A program made the translations under genes and the position numbers. The notes beneath the pieces are model-generated. The model saw only the letters and a list, made by a program, of their open reading frames with translations. It was not told the DNA's origin and did not search any database. A stretch of 64,000 nt of DNA. Source: a virus. Where the stretch lies: positions 12,722 through 76,721 of IMG/VR virus record IMGVR_UViG_3300035142_000030, one strand, 5' to 3'. Below are positions 1 through 11,400 of the stretch, one piece after another (position 1 is the first letter of the stretch; every line of letters begins with the position of its first letter).

Positions 1-28
1 TCATTTTGATGGTACTAACTTTACGCAA

Positions 29-301
29 GTGTCTTCTGAAAATATAGATTTAGGAGCTGGTATTTCAATAAAATGTTTACAAGATGGCACTTTATTAATA
101 TGGAGAGATACGACAGAGAAGATATATAATTATAAGTATATAAATGGAGCTTTACATGTTCTTGATAGTGGCACAACGTTGAGAGCTTCTGTAGATTATG
201 GTGTAATTAATCTTATGTTTGATGGGAAGATTTTAGGACATTATACTGGAACTAGTGCCGATACTCCAGTTGATTTGTATTTTAGATATAAATTTTCATA
301 G
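29..301 (+). CDS. C-terminal part of a virion/tail-associated protein (probably starts upstream of window)
   Basis: Frame is open from the window start; lies just before the tail module. Confidence 0.4.
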   Translation: MSSENIDLGAGISIKCLQDGTLLIWRDTTEKIYNYKYINGALHVLDSGTTLRASVDYGVINLMFDGKILGHYTGTSADTPVDLYFRYKFS

Positions 302-661
302 ATGAGAAAAATTATTTTATGTTTGTTATTATTATTGTTATCTTTTATAGGTTTATCCCAAGTTAGGGATACTATAATTATTGATAACATAAAATATGAA
401 ATTATTATTAATACTATAACCCATAAGGTTAAGAGTTGTGAAATAATAGAAGAGGAAACATTTTTTGAAAAAATTTATATTGGATTTTCTACTCCTATAA
501 ATTATGGAAATTATAAGCAAGAGATTATATACGATGCTAGTGAGTGGGGAAAACTGTCGTTGGGATATGATTTTGGACATAAAGCAATAACTATTGGAGC
601 TTATGTTAGTTTAGGAAGGTTACATAAAAGAGAAGACAAAATTAATGTAATATATTTTTAG
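302..661 (+). CDS. Hypothetical protein with N-terminal signal peptide
   Basis: MRKIILCLLLLLLSFIGLSQ hydrophobic leader. Confidence 0.6.
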   Translation: MRKIILCLLLLLLSFIGLSQVRDTIIIDNIKYEIIINTITHKVKSCEIIEEETFFEKIYIGFSTPINYGNYKQEIIYDASEWGKLSLGYDFGHKAITIGAYVSLGRLHKREDKINVIYF

Positions 662-663
662 AT

Positions 664-1413
664 ATGGCTTACACAAATAATGATATATTAAATATAATCA
701 ACTTCACTATACGTAAAGATACTAATGGACAACCTCTAACACAAGAAAGGTTTACGAATCTATTAGATATGAGAGGATTAGAATATTTTGAGGAAATGTA
801 TGATAGATACGAACAGACTCAAGAGATGACTGATTCCTTAAAAAGATTTAAAGTGACAAATAGTTCTTTAACGCCTAGTGGTACAAATTATTTAACAATA
901 CCCACTAACTATGCTCATTCAGGATATTTATATTATAAAAAAGAAGGTATAGATATAAGGCCAGTAGAAATTGTGAGTGACGATCAATTTATGATGAGGC
1001 AAAGTTCATCAATAGAAGTCCCTAGCTCTAGTTATCCTATTGCAAGATTTACTACTGATTATATAGAATATTTACCTGCAACATTAGATGATAATTATTT
1101 TACTCTATCTTATTTGAGGTATCCAACATCTCCAGTATATGATTATTATATAGATGCTAATGGTATTGTACAGTATTTAGAGGTGGGAGAAGGTCATAAT
1201 TGGTCTGATGGAGAAACAGATTCAAGTGGAGTAGTACATAATGAAGCTAGTACGTCTGTAAGTGGATACGAATATACATCACAAACAGTAGAGTTGGATT
1301 TTAATGAAGAAGACAAGTTAAAGATAGCGGCTAAGATATTACAATCTATGAGTATTTCGATTAATGAAGCAGGAGTGTTCCAGTACGCAGAAAAAATTAA
1401 AAACGAAAGCTAA
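664..1413 (+). CDS. Tail ring/tubular adaptor protein (crAss-like)
   Basis: 249 aa; first of three similar-sized genes before the muzzle-like gene; YLRYP motif; podovirus tail gene order. Confidence 0.6.
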   Translation: MAYTNNDILNIINFTIRKDTNGQPLTQERFTNLLDMRGLEYFEEMYDRYEQTQEMTDSLKRFKVTNSSLTPSGTNYLTIPTNYAHSGYLYYKKEGIDIRPVEIVSDDQFMMRQSSSIEVPSSSYPIARFTTDYIEYLPATLDDNYFTLSYLRYPTSPVYDYYIDANGIVQYLEVGEGHNWSDGETDSSGVVHNEASTSVSGYEYTSQTVELDFNEEDKLKIAAKILQSMSISINEAGVFQYAEKIKNES

Positions 1414-2042
1414 TGATTACTAAAAAAGAATTAATAGAGCTAGTAAGGCATCGAGTGAATGGAGAATTTCAAGCCAAGCAGCTAGGTAAGGTTGGAGATC
1501 AGATGTTAGCTTATTATATAGGAAGAGCATTTAATCAGATGCTCATTGAGGTTTTTAGACGTAATCTAGCAAACTTTGATCCTTATACAAAAGAATATAC
1601 AGGTATAGCTATAAGTCAAGATGAAACTACTAATGTTTATTATTCCACATTACCAGCACCAGTAGTACAGTTACCTAGAATAGGTGATGGAGTGTTACAG
1701 GTAAGTGGAGACACTAGCGCAAGTTTAGAATTTGTGCCAATAACAAACAATTGTTTGCAGGTTAAAGATGGATTAGATGTAGATACGATAGATGATGTTG
1801 TTGGTTATTGTTTTAAGAATGGTCGAATAGAATATCAGGGGATAACTAACACGATTGCAGAAGGAACGGTCAGAATGCTTCTTGTAATACCTTTTGAGGA
1901 ATATTTAGAAGATGACTATGTTCAGATACCAACAGGTACAGATGAAGCTCTTATACGGTCTGTAATTGATCTTCTTATAGGTACTCCAGATGCAGATAGA
2001 GCTAACAACGCAAATTCACTAAATAAAAATATGATACAATAA
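1413..2042 (+). CDS. Tail ring protein (crAss-like)
   Basis: 209 aa; overlapping stop/start; position in tail module. Confidence 0.55.
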   Translation: MITKKELIELVRHRVNGEFQAKQLGKVGDQMLAYYIGRAFNQMLIEVFRRNLANFDPYTKEYTGIAISQDETTNVYYSTLPAPVVQLPRIGDGVLQVSGDTSASLEFVPITNNCLQVKDGLDVDTIDDVVGYCFKNGRIEYQGITNTIAEGTVRMLLVIPFEEYLEDDYVQIPTGTDEALIRSVIDLLIGTPDADRANNANSLNKNMIQ

Positions 2043-2761
2043 TGGCACACTCAAGTGGATGGATAAGTATAAAAAACATGACTAAAGAAATACTTCTTGA
2101 GACAGGTCGTGATATGGGAGAATATAAGAAGTTAATGCACTATGTTATTAACGGGGTTCGAGACCTTAACATATACCATTATGACAACGTAAAGACGGTA
2201 AAGAAAATATGCAATGATATAGGAGTTATAAACTTCCCTTCAGATTATGTGAGCTTTGTATCATTAGCTATGGCTGATGGAGGATTAATATGGACACTTA
2301 CACGTAGAGATGATCTGATACGCACAACAACTGAATTAAACGGAGACGAAACTTTAGATTCTACTATTGGAGAAGGGGTAGATATAGATACAGGAACGAA
2401 TTATGGATATAAAACTATCGGAGGGAAGAACGATTATTATTATACTTTAGAGGAAGAAAATAATAGGATAATAGTAAGACCAGTTTCTACTACTAGAACA
2501 TTTTTCTTACAATATATTACATCAGGAATAGATTTAGATGATGGAAACGAAACAACCATTCCAGTAAAAATTAAAGAAGCATTAAAATATTGGGTTTTAT
2601 ATAAAGAAGCTATGAATAGCGATAGTGGAAATAAGAATCTTGTGGCTATGTATAAGAACGAATACAGAGAAGAAGTAAGCAAATTAAGATTCTTACAGCT
2701 TCCTACAGCAGACGAATTAAGAGATATGGTATATGCTAATTATGAAAGATTAAATAGATAA
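2042..2761 (+). CDS. Tail ring protein (crAss-like)
   Basis: 239 aa; FPSDYV and IPVKIKEALKYWV segments typical of tubular/ring proteins; position. Confidence 0.55.
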   Translation: MAHSSGWISIKNMTKEILLETGRDMGEYKKLMHYVINGVRDLNIYHYDNVKTVKKICNDIGVINFPSDYVSFVSLAMADGGLIWTLTRRDDLIRTTTELNGDETLDSTIGEGVDIDTGTNYGYKTIGGKNDYYYTLEEENNRIIVRPVSTTRTFFLQYITSGIDLDDGNETTIPVKIKEALKYWVLYKEAMNSDSGNKNLVAMYKNEYREEVSKLRFLQLPTADELRDMVYANYERLNR

Positions 2762-5700
2762 TGAACGATATTACAGATCAAATATTATTTACAGGTGGAT
2801 TAGATCAAGACTCAGATGAGAAGTTTATACAACAGGGAGATTATGTGGATGCTAAGAATATAATTACAGTTGAAGATGGGAGTAAAGGTATAGTTATTAA
2901 CATTAAAGGAAATGAGTTTATTTTTTCTGCTGGAGGATATGGAAACTATATATATGATTTACTAGGATGGACATATTATGACAGGACAAACAGCGTTATT
3001 TTATTTCTCAAAGGAGTTCAGACAGGTTCTCCAGTTGTGGGGCAATTAGAGCAAATTATAGAATATAATCCAGAAAGTGATTCGTCTACAGTTCTTATTG
3101 ATGACACCGATGTATCTTTAGGTTTTTTAGACCCCAAAACTAATGATTATTACATTGATATAAAAGTAGCAGGAGATTGGTTGGCATGGGCAGACAATGT
3201 AAATCCTCCTCGTATGATTAATATTGAAGACGTTAGGAATGGAAATATTACTATAAATGAGGCATATCTAGATTTACATAAAAAAAGACCAACAGCATCA
3301 TCAGCAAGCAAGCATATTCCTCCATTGGTTTCGTTGGGATATGATTCCGATAAAGAATACAACAATTTAGATACAGGATATCAATTTAAATATAGATTTG
3401 GTTATTCAGATTTTAGATATAGCACATGGAGTCCCGCTTCTGATTTGGCTATTAATCGTAATTTAGTTAGAGCGGGAGATAATTACAATTTGTTAGGGAC
3501 AGAGAATTACATTGATGTACAATTTAATTCGGGAGATGTTAATGTAGATTATATAGATATAGCAGTTCGTGAAGGAAATACTGGTAATTGGTTTCGTATT
3601 ATTAAGATAGATAAAAGCGATCCAGAAAAAGTATACAGTACAGGAGGTGTTTTACAAACAAGTGCATTGTCTGACGACACAGATTATGATTATAGGTTTT
3701 ATAATAATGAAGGTAGAATAGCTGTTAGTAATGACGAAGCTAATAAAGCTTATGACATCGTTCCAGATACATGTGAAACTTTATCTTTTATTGGGGATAA
3801 TAGATTAGTGTTAGGAGGATGTGTTGAGGGTAAAAATCTAATTAATATAGATGTTAGCTTATCTGCTTATGATGTTTCAATAAACCAATTTGAGTCTTTA
3901 GGAATTAGTTCCGTTACTTTTTCTGGAAACAAAGTATATGTTGATTTTGATCTTTCTAATTGTATTTTTGATGACAACGGTGAAGCTTTAGCAGGAGACT
4001 ATGTTTATTTTTATTATAGGGTTGAGGTAACCTTAACACTTGGTGCATCAGATACAGCTGAAGCTGATCCGACTTATTGTGTGTTTCCAAATAATATTAC
4101 GGGGATTGATAATATAGGAAATTATTTAGCAGACAATTTAACGATTGGAGATAGTAGAAGTTACAATAGTTCAACAAATGTATTGAGGATAACATATCAA
4201 TATCCTGGATACAATGTAACAGGTGTTCAGTCTCCACCTTACACGACTGACAGTTCCTTAATATTTACTAAATCATATGACTTAAACACCTCTACTACAG
4301 GGTACGTAAATGATTTAGGTTTTAGTGATGGAACTACTCATAAATTTGCATTAATTTATGAAGATAAATATGGAGTTAAGTATCCAGCACTAACATCTTC
4401 AGACACAGAAATAGAAATTGAACCGATATCCAGTGGTACAACTCCAAAACACAGGTCTATAAGCTATACTATAAATAATACAGCACCATCAGGAGCAGTT
4501 GCTTATAGATGGGCGTATGCTTACAAACAAAAGAATTTTGTACAAACAATTATAACAGATGTTAGTCAATTTGAAGACGAAACAGGAGACCTTAATACAA
4601 ATATGTTAGCTTTAGATGTATCAGGTTATAGTCAAATTGATAATTTTGGATATACCTTTGAATCTGGGGATCATATTCGCATAATAAGGGAGGGAGGGAG
4701 TTATGGTTCTCTTGGATCATATGTTGATGACGCTCCTTTTTTTGTTGTTGAAGACGTTAAGAGCGTTATTAATGATGGAAGTGACGATCTTTATGGGAAA
4801 TGGTTAATTATCAAACAATCTTTAGTAGACGGATATTCCATATCAAATATAGGAGACCCATCTAAATTTATGAACGCTTTTATAGAAGTGCGAAAGTTAG
4901 AAGAACAAGACCAAGATTATGTGTTTTATGAAATAGGTAGTGGAGGGTATTGTGTAGGCGGAACTACGAATCACGATGATTGGTTTACTGGAACAAATAC
5001 TGGATATCTAAATCAAGGAGACGTTTGGTATCGTAATATTGTTGGGTATAGGAGAGAAGCGTCTGGAAAGGGTTCTGTTTCAGCAGGATCACCTTTTGGG
5101 CAGTCTCCACTTCCTTATGTAAATGCGCCCCGTAGGGATGTTGGGATTGCAGATGTTAATGTTGAATTTCCAGAATCAGAAAATAAATATTTTAACATTA
5201 TACGATGGTCTAATAACTTTATAGAAGATACTAAGGTAAATGGTTTGTCTACATTTGACAATTTAGATAGAGTTAAAGTATCTGAAAATCATGGAAAGAT
5301 TAAAGGATTAGAAGAATTAGGAGATAGTTTAGTTGTTATATGTGAAGAAAAGGTACTTAGTTCATATGTAGGAGCTACAGAGTATACAGATACGCAAGGA
5401 AATGTTAATGTAGTAAAAAGTACTACACCATTAAGTTACTTAAGGGCGCACAACGAAAGATATGGAACGTTCTTAAAAGAAAGCATTGTAAATACGGGTA
5501 GTTATATATACTTCTATGATTTATATAATGGAGTTGTAGTGCGCAAGTCTAAAAATGGATTATATCCTATATCTGGAAGAATAGAAACTTCTAATGGAGG
5601 GTATGACTATAAAATGAGAACATTCTTTAAACAGATATCTGATGATTTAGTTTCTACATTAGAAGATAATGACGTTTATGATGTTAAATGTTTTATGGGA

Positions 5701-6309
5701 TATGATCCATATTATGAGAACATTTACATTAAATTTTTAGATAGACAAACAGCAGCTAACAACAAATGCCTAATCTTTCACGAGCCATCAAATAGGTGGA
5801 TCGGAGAATATGAAGTAGATGATGGTAGTAATAAGTCTACATTATTCCCTTTTACTAAAAAAGATATATTTAGTTTTATTGAATCAGATGGAGGTTTATA
5901 TATATTAAACAGCGACAATGTTAATAGATGTAATATTTATGGATTAGCAAGAAGCTGTTACATCCAATTCGTAACGCATGAAAAACCTAATCTAATAAAA
6001 GTATTTAACAGCATAGGTATACATGCAGACAGCCAATGGACAGTAGACCCTATAGAAGGGGAGGCGAATAGCAACTATCCTAATGGATTCTATTCTAAGA
6101 TTATAGATAGCGAATTTATCAAAGAAGAAGGAGTGTGGAGAGTAGCTATGCCTCGAAATATGAAGACGCGTAGTTCGTCAGCAACTAATTACGATAGAAT
6201 TAACGGTGATGAAGCTCGCGGATATGTATTAAAGTTTAAATTGACCAATAGTGATACTGATGAAGCTAAACTATTTAAAGTGGACATTAATTCAATAGTG
6301 AGTAAGTAA
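2761..6309 (+). CDS. Tail muzzle/nozzle (P22 gp10-like stabilization) protein
   Basis: 1182 aa beta-rich; N-terminal FTGGLDQDSD..GDYVDAKN, WADNVNPPRMINI, C-terminal KEEGVW..INGDEARG as seen in crAss-like muzzle proteins. Confidence 0.75.
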   Translation: MNDITDQILFTGGLDQDSDEKFIQQGDYVDAKNIITVEDGSKGIVINIKGNEFIFSAGGYGNYIYDLLGWTYYDRTNSVILFLKGVQTGSPVVGQLEQIIEYNPESDSSTVLIDDTDVSLGFLDPKTNDYYIDIKVAGDWLAWADNVNPPRMINIEDVRNGNITINEAYLDLHKKRPTASSASKHIPPLVSLGYDSDKEYNNLDTGYQFKYRFGYSDFRYSTWSPASDLAINRNLVRAGDNYNLLGTENYIDVQFNSGDVNVDYIDIAVREGNTGNWFRIIKIDKSDPEKVYSTGGVLQTSALSDDTDYDYRFYNNEGRIAVSNDEANKAYDIVPDTCETLSFIGDNRLVLGGCVEGKNLINIDVSLSAYDVSINQFESLGISSVTFSGNKVYVDFDLSNCIFDDNGEALAGDYVYFYYRVEVTLTLGASDTAEADPTYCVFPNNITGIDNIGNYLADNLTIGDSRSYNSSTNVLRITYQYPGYNVTGVQSPPYTTDSSLIFTKSYDLNTSTTGYVNDLGFSDGTTHKFALIYEDKYGVKYPALTSSDTEIEIEPISSGTTPKHRSISYTINNTAPSGAVAYRWAYAYKQKNFVQTIITDVSQFEDETGDLNTNMLALDVSGYSQIDNFGYTFESGDHIRIIREGGSYGSLGSYVDDAPFFVVEDVKSVINDGSDDLYGKWLIIKQSLVDGYSISNIGDPSKFMNAFIEVRKLEEQDQDYVFYEIGSGGYCVGGTTNHDDWFTGTNTGYLNQGDVWYRNIVGYRREASGKGSVSAGSPFGQSPLPYVNAPRRDVGIADVNVEFPESENKYFNIIRWSNNFIEDTKVNGLSTFDNLDRVKVSENHGKIKGLEELGDSLVVICEEKVLSSYVGATEYTDTQGNVNVVKSTTPLSYLRAHNERYGTFLKESIVNTGSYIYFYDLYNGVVVRKSKNGLYPISGRIETSNGGYDYKMRTFFKQISDDLVSTLEDNDVYDVKCFMGYDPYYENIYIKFLDRQTAANNKCLIFHEPSNRWIGEYEVDDGSNKSTLFPFTKKDIFSFIESDGGLYILNSDNVNRCNIYGLARSCYIQFVTHEKPNLIKVFNSIGIHADSQWTVDPIEGEANSNYPNGFYSKIIDSEFIKEEGVWRVAMPRNMKTRSSSATNYDRINGDEARGYVLKFKLTNSDTDEAKLFKVDINSIVSK

Positions 6310-6343
6310 TATTTATATATTTATATGGTTGGGTTAAATTTAG

Positions 6344-6351
6344 TATATTTG
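6344..6351 (+). promoter_or_regulatory. Bacteroidota -7 promoter element (TAnnTTTG)
   Basis: TATATTTG 25 bp before the 6377 start. Confidence 0.6.
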
Positions 6352-6376
6352 TAAACAGTTTAAAATATTATAAGAT

Positions 6377-6976
6377 ATGAGTTTAGATATTGGCGCAATT
6401 GTACAAGGAGGTACTGGAATTGGCGAGATTGTTGCTGGCATGTTAATACAAGATAAAACAAGTGATAAGCTTAAATCTAATTGGGAAGATAGACCTGTAT
6501 ACGAAATTCCAACAAGTATACAACAACAAGTAGAGCTGTTGAGACAAAGAGCCCAACAAGGATTACCGGGAGAAGATTTAATAAGTTCACAAATACAACA
6601 AGAGACAGCACAAGGAGTTTCGGCTAGTAGGGAAGCGGCAACGTCAGCAGCAGATTTGTTGGGAGCTACAACTAATTTATATGGACAACAAACACAGGCT
6701 TTGACAGATTTGCAGATACAATCAGCAACGCAGAGAGCGGCTAATGAATTACAATATGCACAAGGTTTGGGGACTATGGCTCAATATGAAGATAAAGCTT
6801 GGAATTGGAACGAGAGTTTAGAGTGGCAAACTAGAAGGAATGAATTAATGGGAATACAACAATCTGCATATGATATGTTAGTAGGTGGCGTAAATACGCT
6901 AGCTCAATCAGGGGCTAATATGAGCGGTAGTGGTCAGAGCTTTAATACATCATCTAGTAACCCTAACAACTATTAA
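6377..6976 (+). CDS. Internal virion/ejection (cargo) protein 1
   Basis: Gly/Ala/Gln-rich helical protein with hydrophobic Gly-rich N-terminus, directly after the muzzle gene. Confidence 0.6.
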   Translation: MSLDIGAIVQGGTGIGEIVAGMLIQDKTSDKLKSNWEDRPVYEIPTSIQQQVELLRQRAQQGLPGEDLISSQIQQETAQGVSASREAATSAADLLGATTNLYGQQTQALTDLQIQSATQRAANELQYAQGLGTMAQYEDKAWNWNESLEWQTRRNELMGIQQSAYDMLVGGVNTLAQSGANMSGSGQSFNTSSSNPNNY

Positions 6977-7013
6977 TTCGAGGTCAATATATGTACAGAT
7001 AAATAAACAACAT

Positions 7014-8468
7014 ATGACATCAACACCAATAATATACACAGGCAAAGAAGTAGCAGTACCTAATTGGAATGAGTTTAATAGGAACTTCAATGCTCGTATG
7101 GCTCAAATAAGTCAACAAAGGCAACAACAGAGACAATTTGAACAACTACAAAAAGAAAGACGAAGAAAAGAGTTCTTTGAAAGTTTAGATATTGATCAGT
7201 TTAACTTTACAAGCGAGAACTTAAAATCTAAACAATATCAAGTTGTAAAGGGTGTTGAGGATTATATTACAAATACTCTTAAACAAAGTGATGGAGATTT
7301 ATCTGATGAAGATTTATTAAAATCAAGAATGCTTTCAGGGAGAGCCCAACAAGAAATACAGAAATATGCTAATTGGGAAAAGAATTGGAAAGTAGACTTA
7401 CAAGCAGCACAGGATAGCTTAGGAGTATTATATGACGAAGAAAAAGTTAAAGAACTTATTGCTGGTTGGGATGGTAACACACCTTATAAAAAATCAAGAT
7501 TAGAACAAGCTTTTAGAGATGTATCTCCAGAAGAAATTAGAGCAAGAAGATTCCAAAAAACACAAGACCCTAATTATATAAATGTAGTAGGACGCATGAA
7601 CGGTAAAGACGTTCAAGGAAGAGAACAATATGACGAAGCTTATTATAACAAAAGAGTAGATGAAGACGGTAATGAATATCTTGTGCCAGACTATAGAGCT
7701 CAGGTTGGATTTTTAAAGTCAATGACAGTAGAAGAAGAAGAGCAAGGATTGTTGGCAGAGAGAGCATACGATAAACAGTTTAATTCTTTAGGGGATGATC
7801 TTAAAAAGACATATATAGAAAAAGCTAAGGGATTAGGATTAGGAGAGGATGATGCTAAATATGTATATGAATTAGATCAAGCGGGAGGAGCATATTTTTC
7901 ACAGCCTACTAAATTTAAGGCTACAGAAAAACAAGACCCTAAGACAGGAGGTAAAGATAAACGAACAGTCATAGATGTAACGTCAGGAAGTGGTCAATTT
8001 GGAGATAAGTCTATAGTATCATCAGGTACTAAAATGTACTTTGATAAAGAAGGGAATAAGAAAAAAGGAACATTTAGAAGAGGAGATTTAGTATATACAG
8101 ATATTGAATGGGCAAAAAATCCAGAAACAGGAGATGAGGAATGGATGGTTAAAGGATATATCCCTAAAGCAGGAGAGATAGACATTCCAGAAGACGCATC
8201 AGAATCAGAATTAGTAAGAGCTATACTACAAGCATCTGCTATTAAGGGTGAACGTGCAGTAGAAGAAGTAAGAATACCTTACGAGTTCATTAAAGAAGAG
8301 ATGGATAGAAACTATAGGTTAGAAGGTATGGATGATTTTGAGCCACTTACAACTACCTATGTTTATAATGGTGCAGAATATAGTGAAGATGAAATACGAC
8401 AAGCAGCAGATGCGTTAGATATGTCTGTTGATGCGTATGTAAAAAAATACAAGATAAAGACTCAATAA
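7014..8468 (+). CDS. Internal virion/ejection protein 2
   Basis: Probable start at ATG 7014 (MTSTPII); Q-rich coiled-coil N-terminus; position. Confidence 0.55.
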   Translation: MTSTPIIYTGKEVAVPNWNEFNRNFNARMAQISQQRQQQRQFEQLQKERRRKEFFESLDIDQFNFTSENLKSKQYQVVKGVEDYITNTLKQSDGDLSDEDLLKSRMLSGRAQQEIQKYANWEKNWKVDLQAAQDSLGVLYDEEKVKELIAGWDGNTPYKKSRLEQAFRDVSPEEIRARRFQKTQDPNYINVVGRMNGKDVQGREQYDEAYYNKRVDEDGNEYLVPDYRAQVGFLKSMTVEEEEQGLLAERAYDKQFNSLGDDLKKTYIEKAKGLGLGEDDAKYVYELDQAGGAYFSQPTKFKATEKQDPKTGGKDKRTVIDVTSGSGQFGDKSIVSSGTKMYFDKEGNKKKGTFRRGDLVYTDIEWAKNPETGDEEWMVKGYIPKAGEIDIPEDASESELVRAILQASAIKGERAVEEVRIPYEFIKEEMDRNYRLEGMDDFEPLTTTYVYNGAEYSEDEIRQAADALDMSVDAYVKKYKIKTQ

Positions 8469-8471
8469 TAT

Positions 8472-11400
8472 ATGTCTACACAAAAGCCAATATTACCAGG
8501 ATTAGAAGGAAGCAATGTTTCTAACAAACCAATATTGCCAGGCCTAGATGTAAAAAAAAAAGAATTTACAGAGGAGCAATTAAAAGAAGCAGAAACTTCT
8601 TTAAAGGGATATTCAGTAGTGTCTCAAGAATTAAAATCAGAAGTCCCTTCTATTACTAAAGAATCCACAGAATTAGACATTGTTCAAGAACAAATAAAAA
8701 ACATAACTGATTTACGTGATAAAGCACAAGCAGAAAGAATGTCATATGCTCAGCGTAAGATATCTTTAGAAAGAGAAAAGAAACAACTAGAGAGACAACT
8801 TTCTTCATTGCGTGGATCATTAAGTTCCCCTACAGGAAGAACATCTGTTAAGATAGATAAGTCAAAACAGCAAATACAGGAGAGATTAAAAGAGATTAAT
8901 GATGAATTTAAGGTATCAGACCAAGATTTACAAACAACTATAGATAAAGAAAGAGATTTAGAGCAAGCACATGACTTCCTTAAAAAGTCAGAAACACTAC
9001 TAGAGCAACCTAATGACAATAGTCTAAAAACATTTAAAGAAGGGTTATTCTCTCCATTAGCTAAAGATTTTTTCACTTTAGGCGTATCGCAGATGGCTAG
9101 TCAATATAATATTATGGATATTGCTAACAAGTACAGAGAAGAGGGAGAAGAGGCTTTATCTAAAGAAGAAAGAGCCACTCTTGGTGCTTATGGTATGTTT
9201 TTATTAGCCAATCAACAGCCGCAGTCGGTTACATTTAATGTTGGTAAAGCAATCGCAGAAATGATCCCTTATATGGCTCAATTTGCGTTAACAGGTGGAG
9301 TAGGAGATTTAGCTAAAGGAGCAACCCAAACGTTACTTAAGGCTGGAACAAAAAAAGGAATACAAAAAGCACTATCTCAAGGTACTGCATTTGCAGCTGG
9401 GGCTCTAGCACGTACGCCATTAATGACAATGACGCAAGAAGGCTATGCTCGACGCAGAACGGGTTTAGTTGAACCTAAATTAACAAATGAGGGTATTGAG
9501 GGGGAAGTGAAAGCAGGAACGGAAGATAGTGTGGGAGAAGCCGCATATAAGGCATTTGCAACTACATTTGCAGAAGTGTTTACGGAAGAATTAGGAGGAA
9601 TTGTTACTAAACCATTAGGTAAATTAGCTAATAGAATAGGTATTAATAGTCTCACTAAGAATATTGATAACGCAATAATCTCAAGAATAAAAGATGTTGC
9701 TAAATTTAATGGTGTTGTAGGAGAATATTCTGAAGAGCTTATAAATAGTTATTTACAAGCAAGTCTTACTAGAGATCAACCTTTATCTGAGGTTTGGAAT
9801 GGCAAACAGCAATTAGAAACATTATTAACTGTTGGTACTATGGGGTCTTTATTTATGGTAGCGAACGTAACACTTCCTAAATCAAAAAAGAATAAATCTA
9901 AATTATCTGATGAAAGAACAAAGTCATTTGATAAAATTAACGATCAGTATAAAGAAGAAGTTCAAAAGATTTCAGATATAGAGGATGTTACCGAGAAGGC
10001 TACTGTTATGGAACAATACCTCTATGAAAAGAATATAGAAAGCGATCAACTAAAAAATATAGTAGAATACTTAACTTATGATAATACGATTAAATCTATA
10101 GATGTAGTAGAGGATGAAATACGCCCAGAAACTAAAATAAAAGCCGACACAGGCACTCAAATAGTTTCCGAAGAAGAAACTACCACAGAACAAAAAGAAG
10201 CCGTTAAGCAGGCTAAAATTAAAAAAACGGAGGTAAAAGATGTACAAGAGCAAGAAAAAATGCAAGAAGAAGCCTTACAAAAAGAGCAAGAAATACAAGC
10301 GCAAGTAGAGGTTTTAGAGAAAGAGAAAGATAGCTTACAAAAAACTTTAGAAAGAGTTCCTGAAGATCAAAAACCAAAGATTGAACGGGAGATAAGTGAT
10401 GTAAATCAACAAATTGAAACACTTAAAGAAGATGCCGAAAAAATTACACAGGTGCGTCAAGAAGTTACAGAGGAAGTGGTACAGCGAGAAGAGCAGTTGG
10501 GCGATATGCAAAAGCAGCCAAAAGAAGAAGCACAAAAAAAAGTAGAACCTTACAAAACGAAAGAAGAATTTAAAAAAGATTTCTTATCAAATGAGGTTAT
10601 TGGAGAAACAGGCAAGACTATTGCAGAGATTAACTTACAAGATACTAATGTTCCAGGTTTAAAAACTTCAGAAAAGATTTCTGCTGCTAAGAACTTGCGA
10701 GAGGGTAAGATGACTAAGCAAGCAGAGATATTGAAAGACTATCTCAATAAAGCTTTTGAATCTGGCACATTAGAAATAATTCCTATAAAAGCAGGAGGCA
10801 AATCTGTTAAAACAAATATGCCTATTACTGAAATTGCAAGACCGCAGCAAGTGATTGAAGAAACTCCTTTAACCAACAAAAGAGCTATGGGGCAAAAAGC
10901 TTTAGATTCTAAAGTATTAAATTCAGAAGTTAAAGCTAAAATAAAACAACATGGTATTGATTATTTTGTAAGAGGAGATCAAGTAGTAACCGAAGAAGCT
11001 AATGAGATAGCAAGAATATATCAGGTTACAGGTAATAGAGATGGATTAAAATCACTTATACTAGATACTACTAATAACATAAAAGGCGATACTCGTACAG
11101 AATTAGCTGTTGCTTACGCAGAAGAAACTCAAAAATTAGTAGATACAGCTAAGACGGTAGAAGAAAGAAAAGTTTATGAACAAGATATAGCTGATGTTTA
11201 TATAGCAGAGATGGAAGGAGCTACGGAGACAGCAAGAGATTTAAGATCAAAAGTAAGATGGCAGCGTGTTTTACAGAACAATCCAGATGTAGTTGTTGAG
11301 TACAAAAAGCGTCAAGTTAACAAAGAAAACCAAGAGTTTTTAGAAAAAAACAAAGACGACATAAAAACAGCTAAACAAGTTATTGATGAGTATTTAGAGA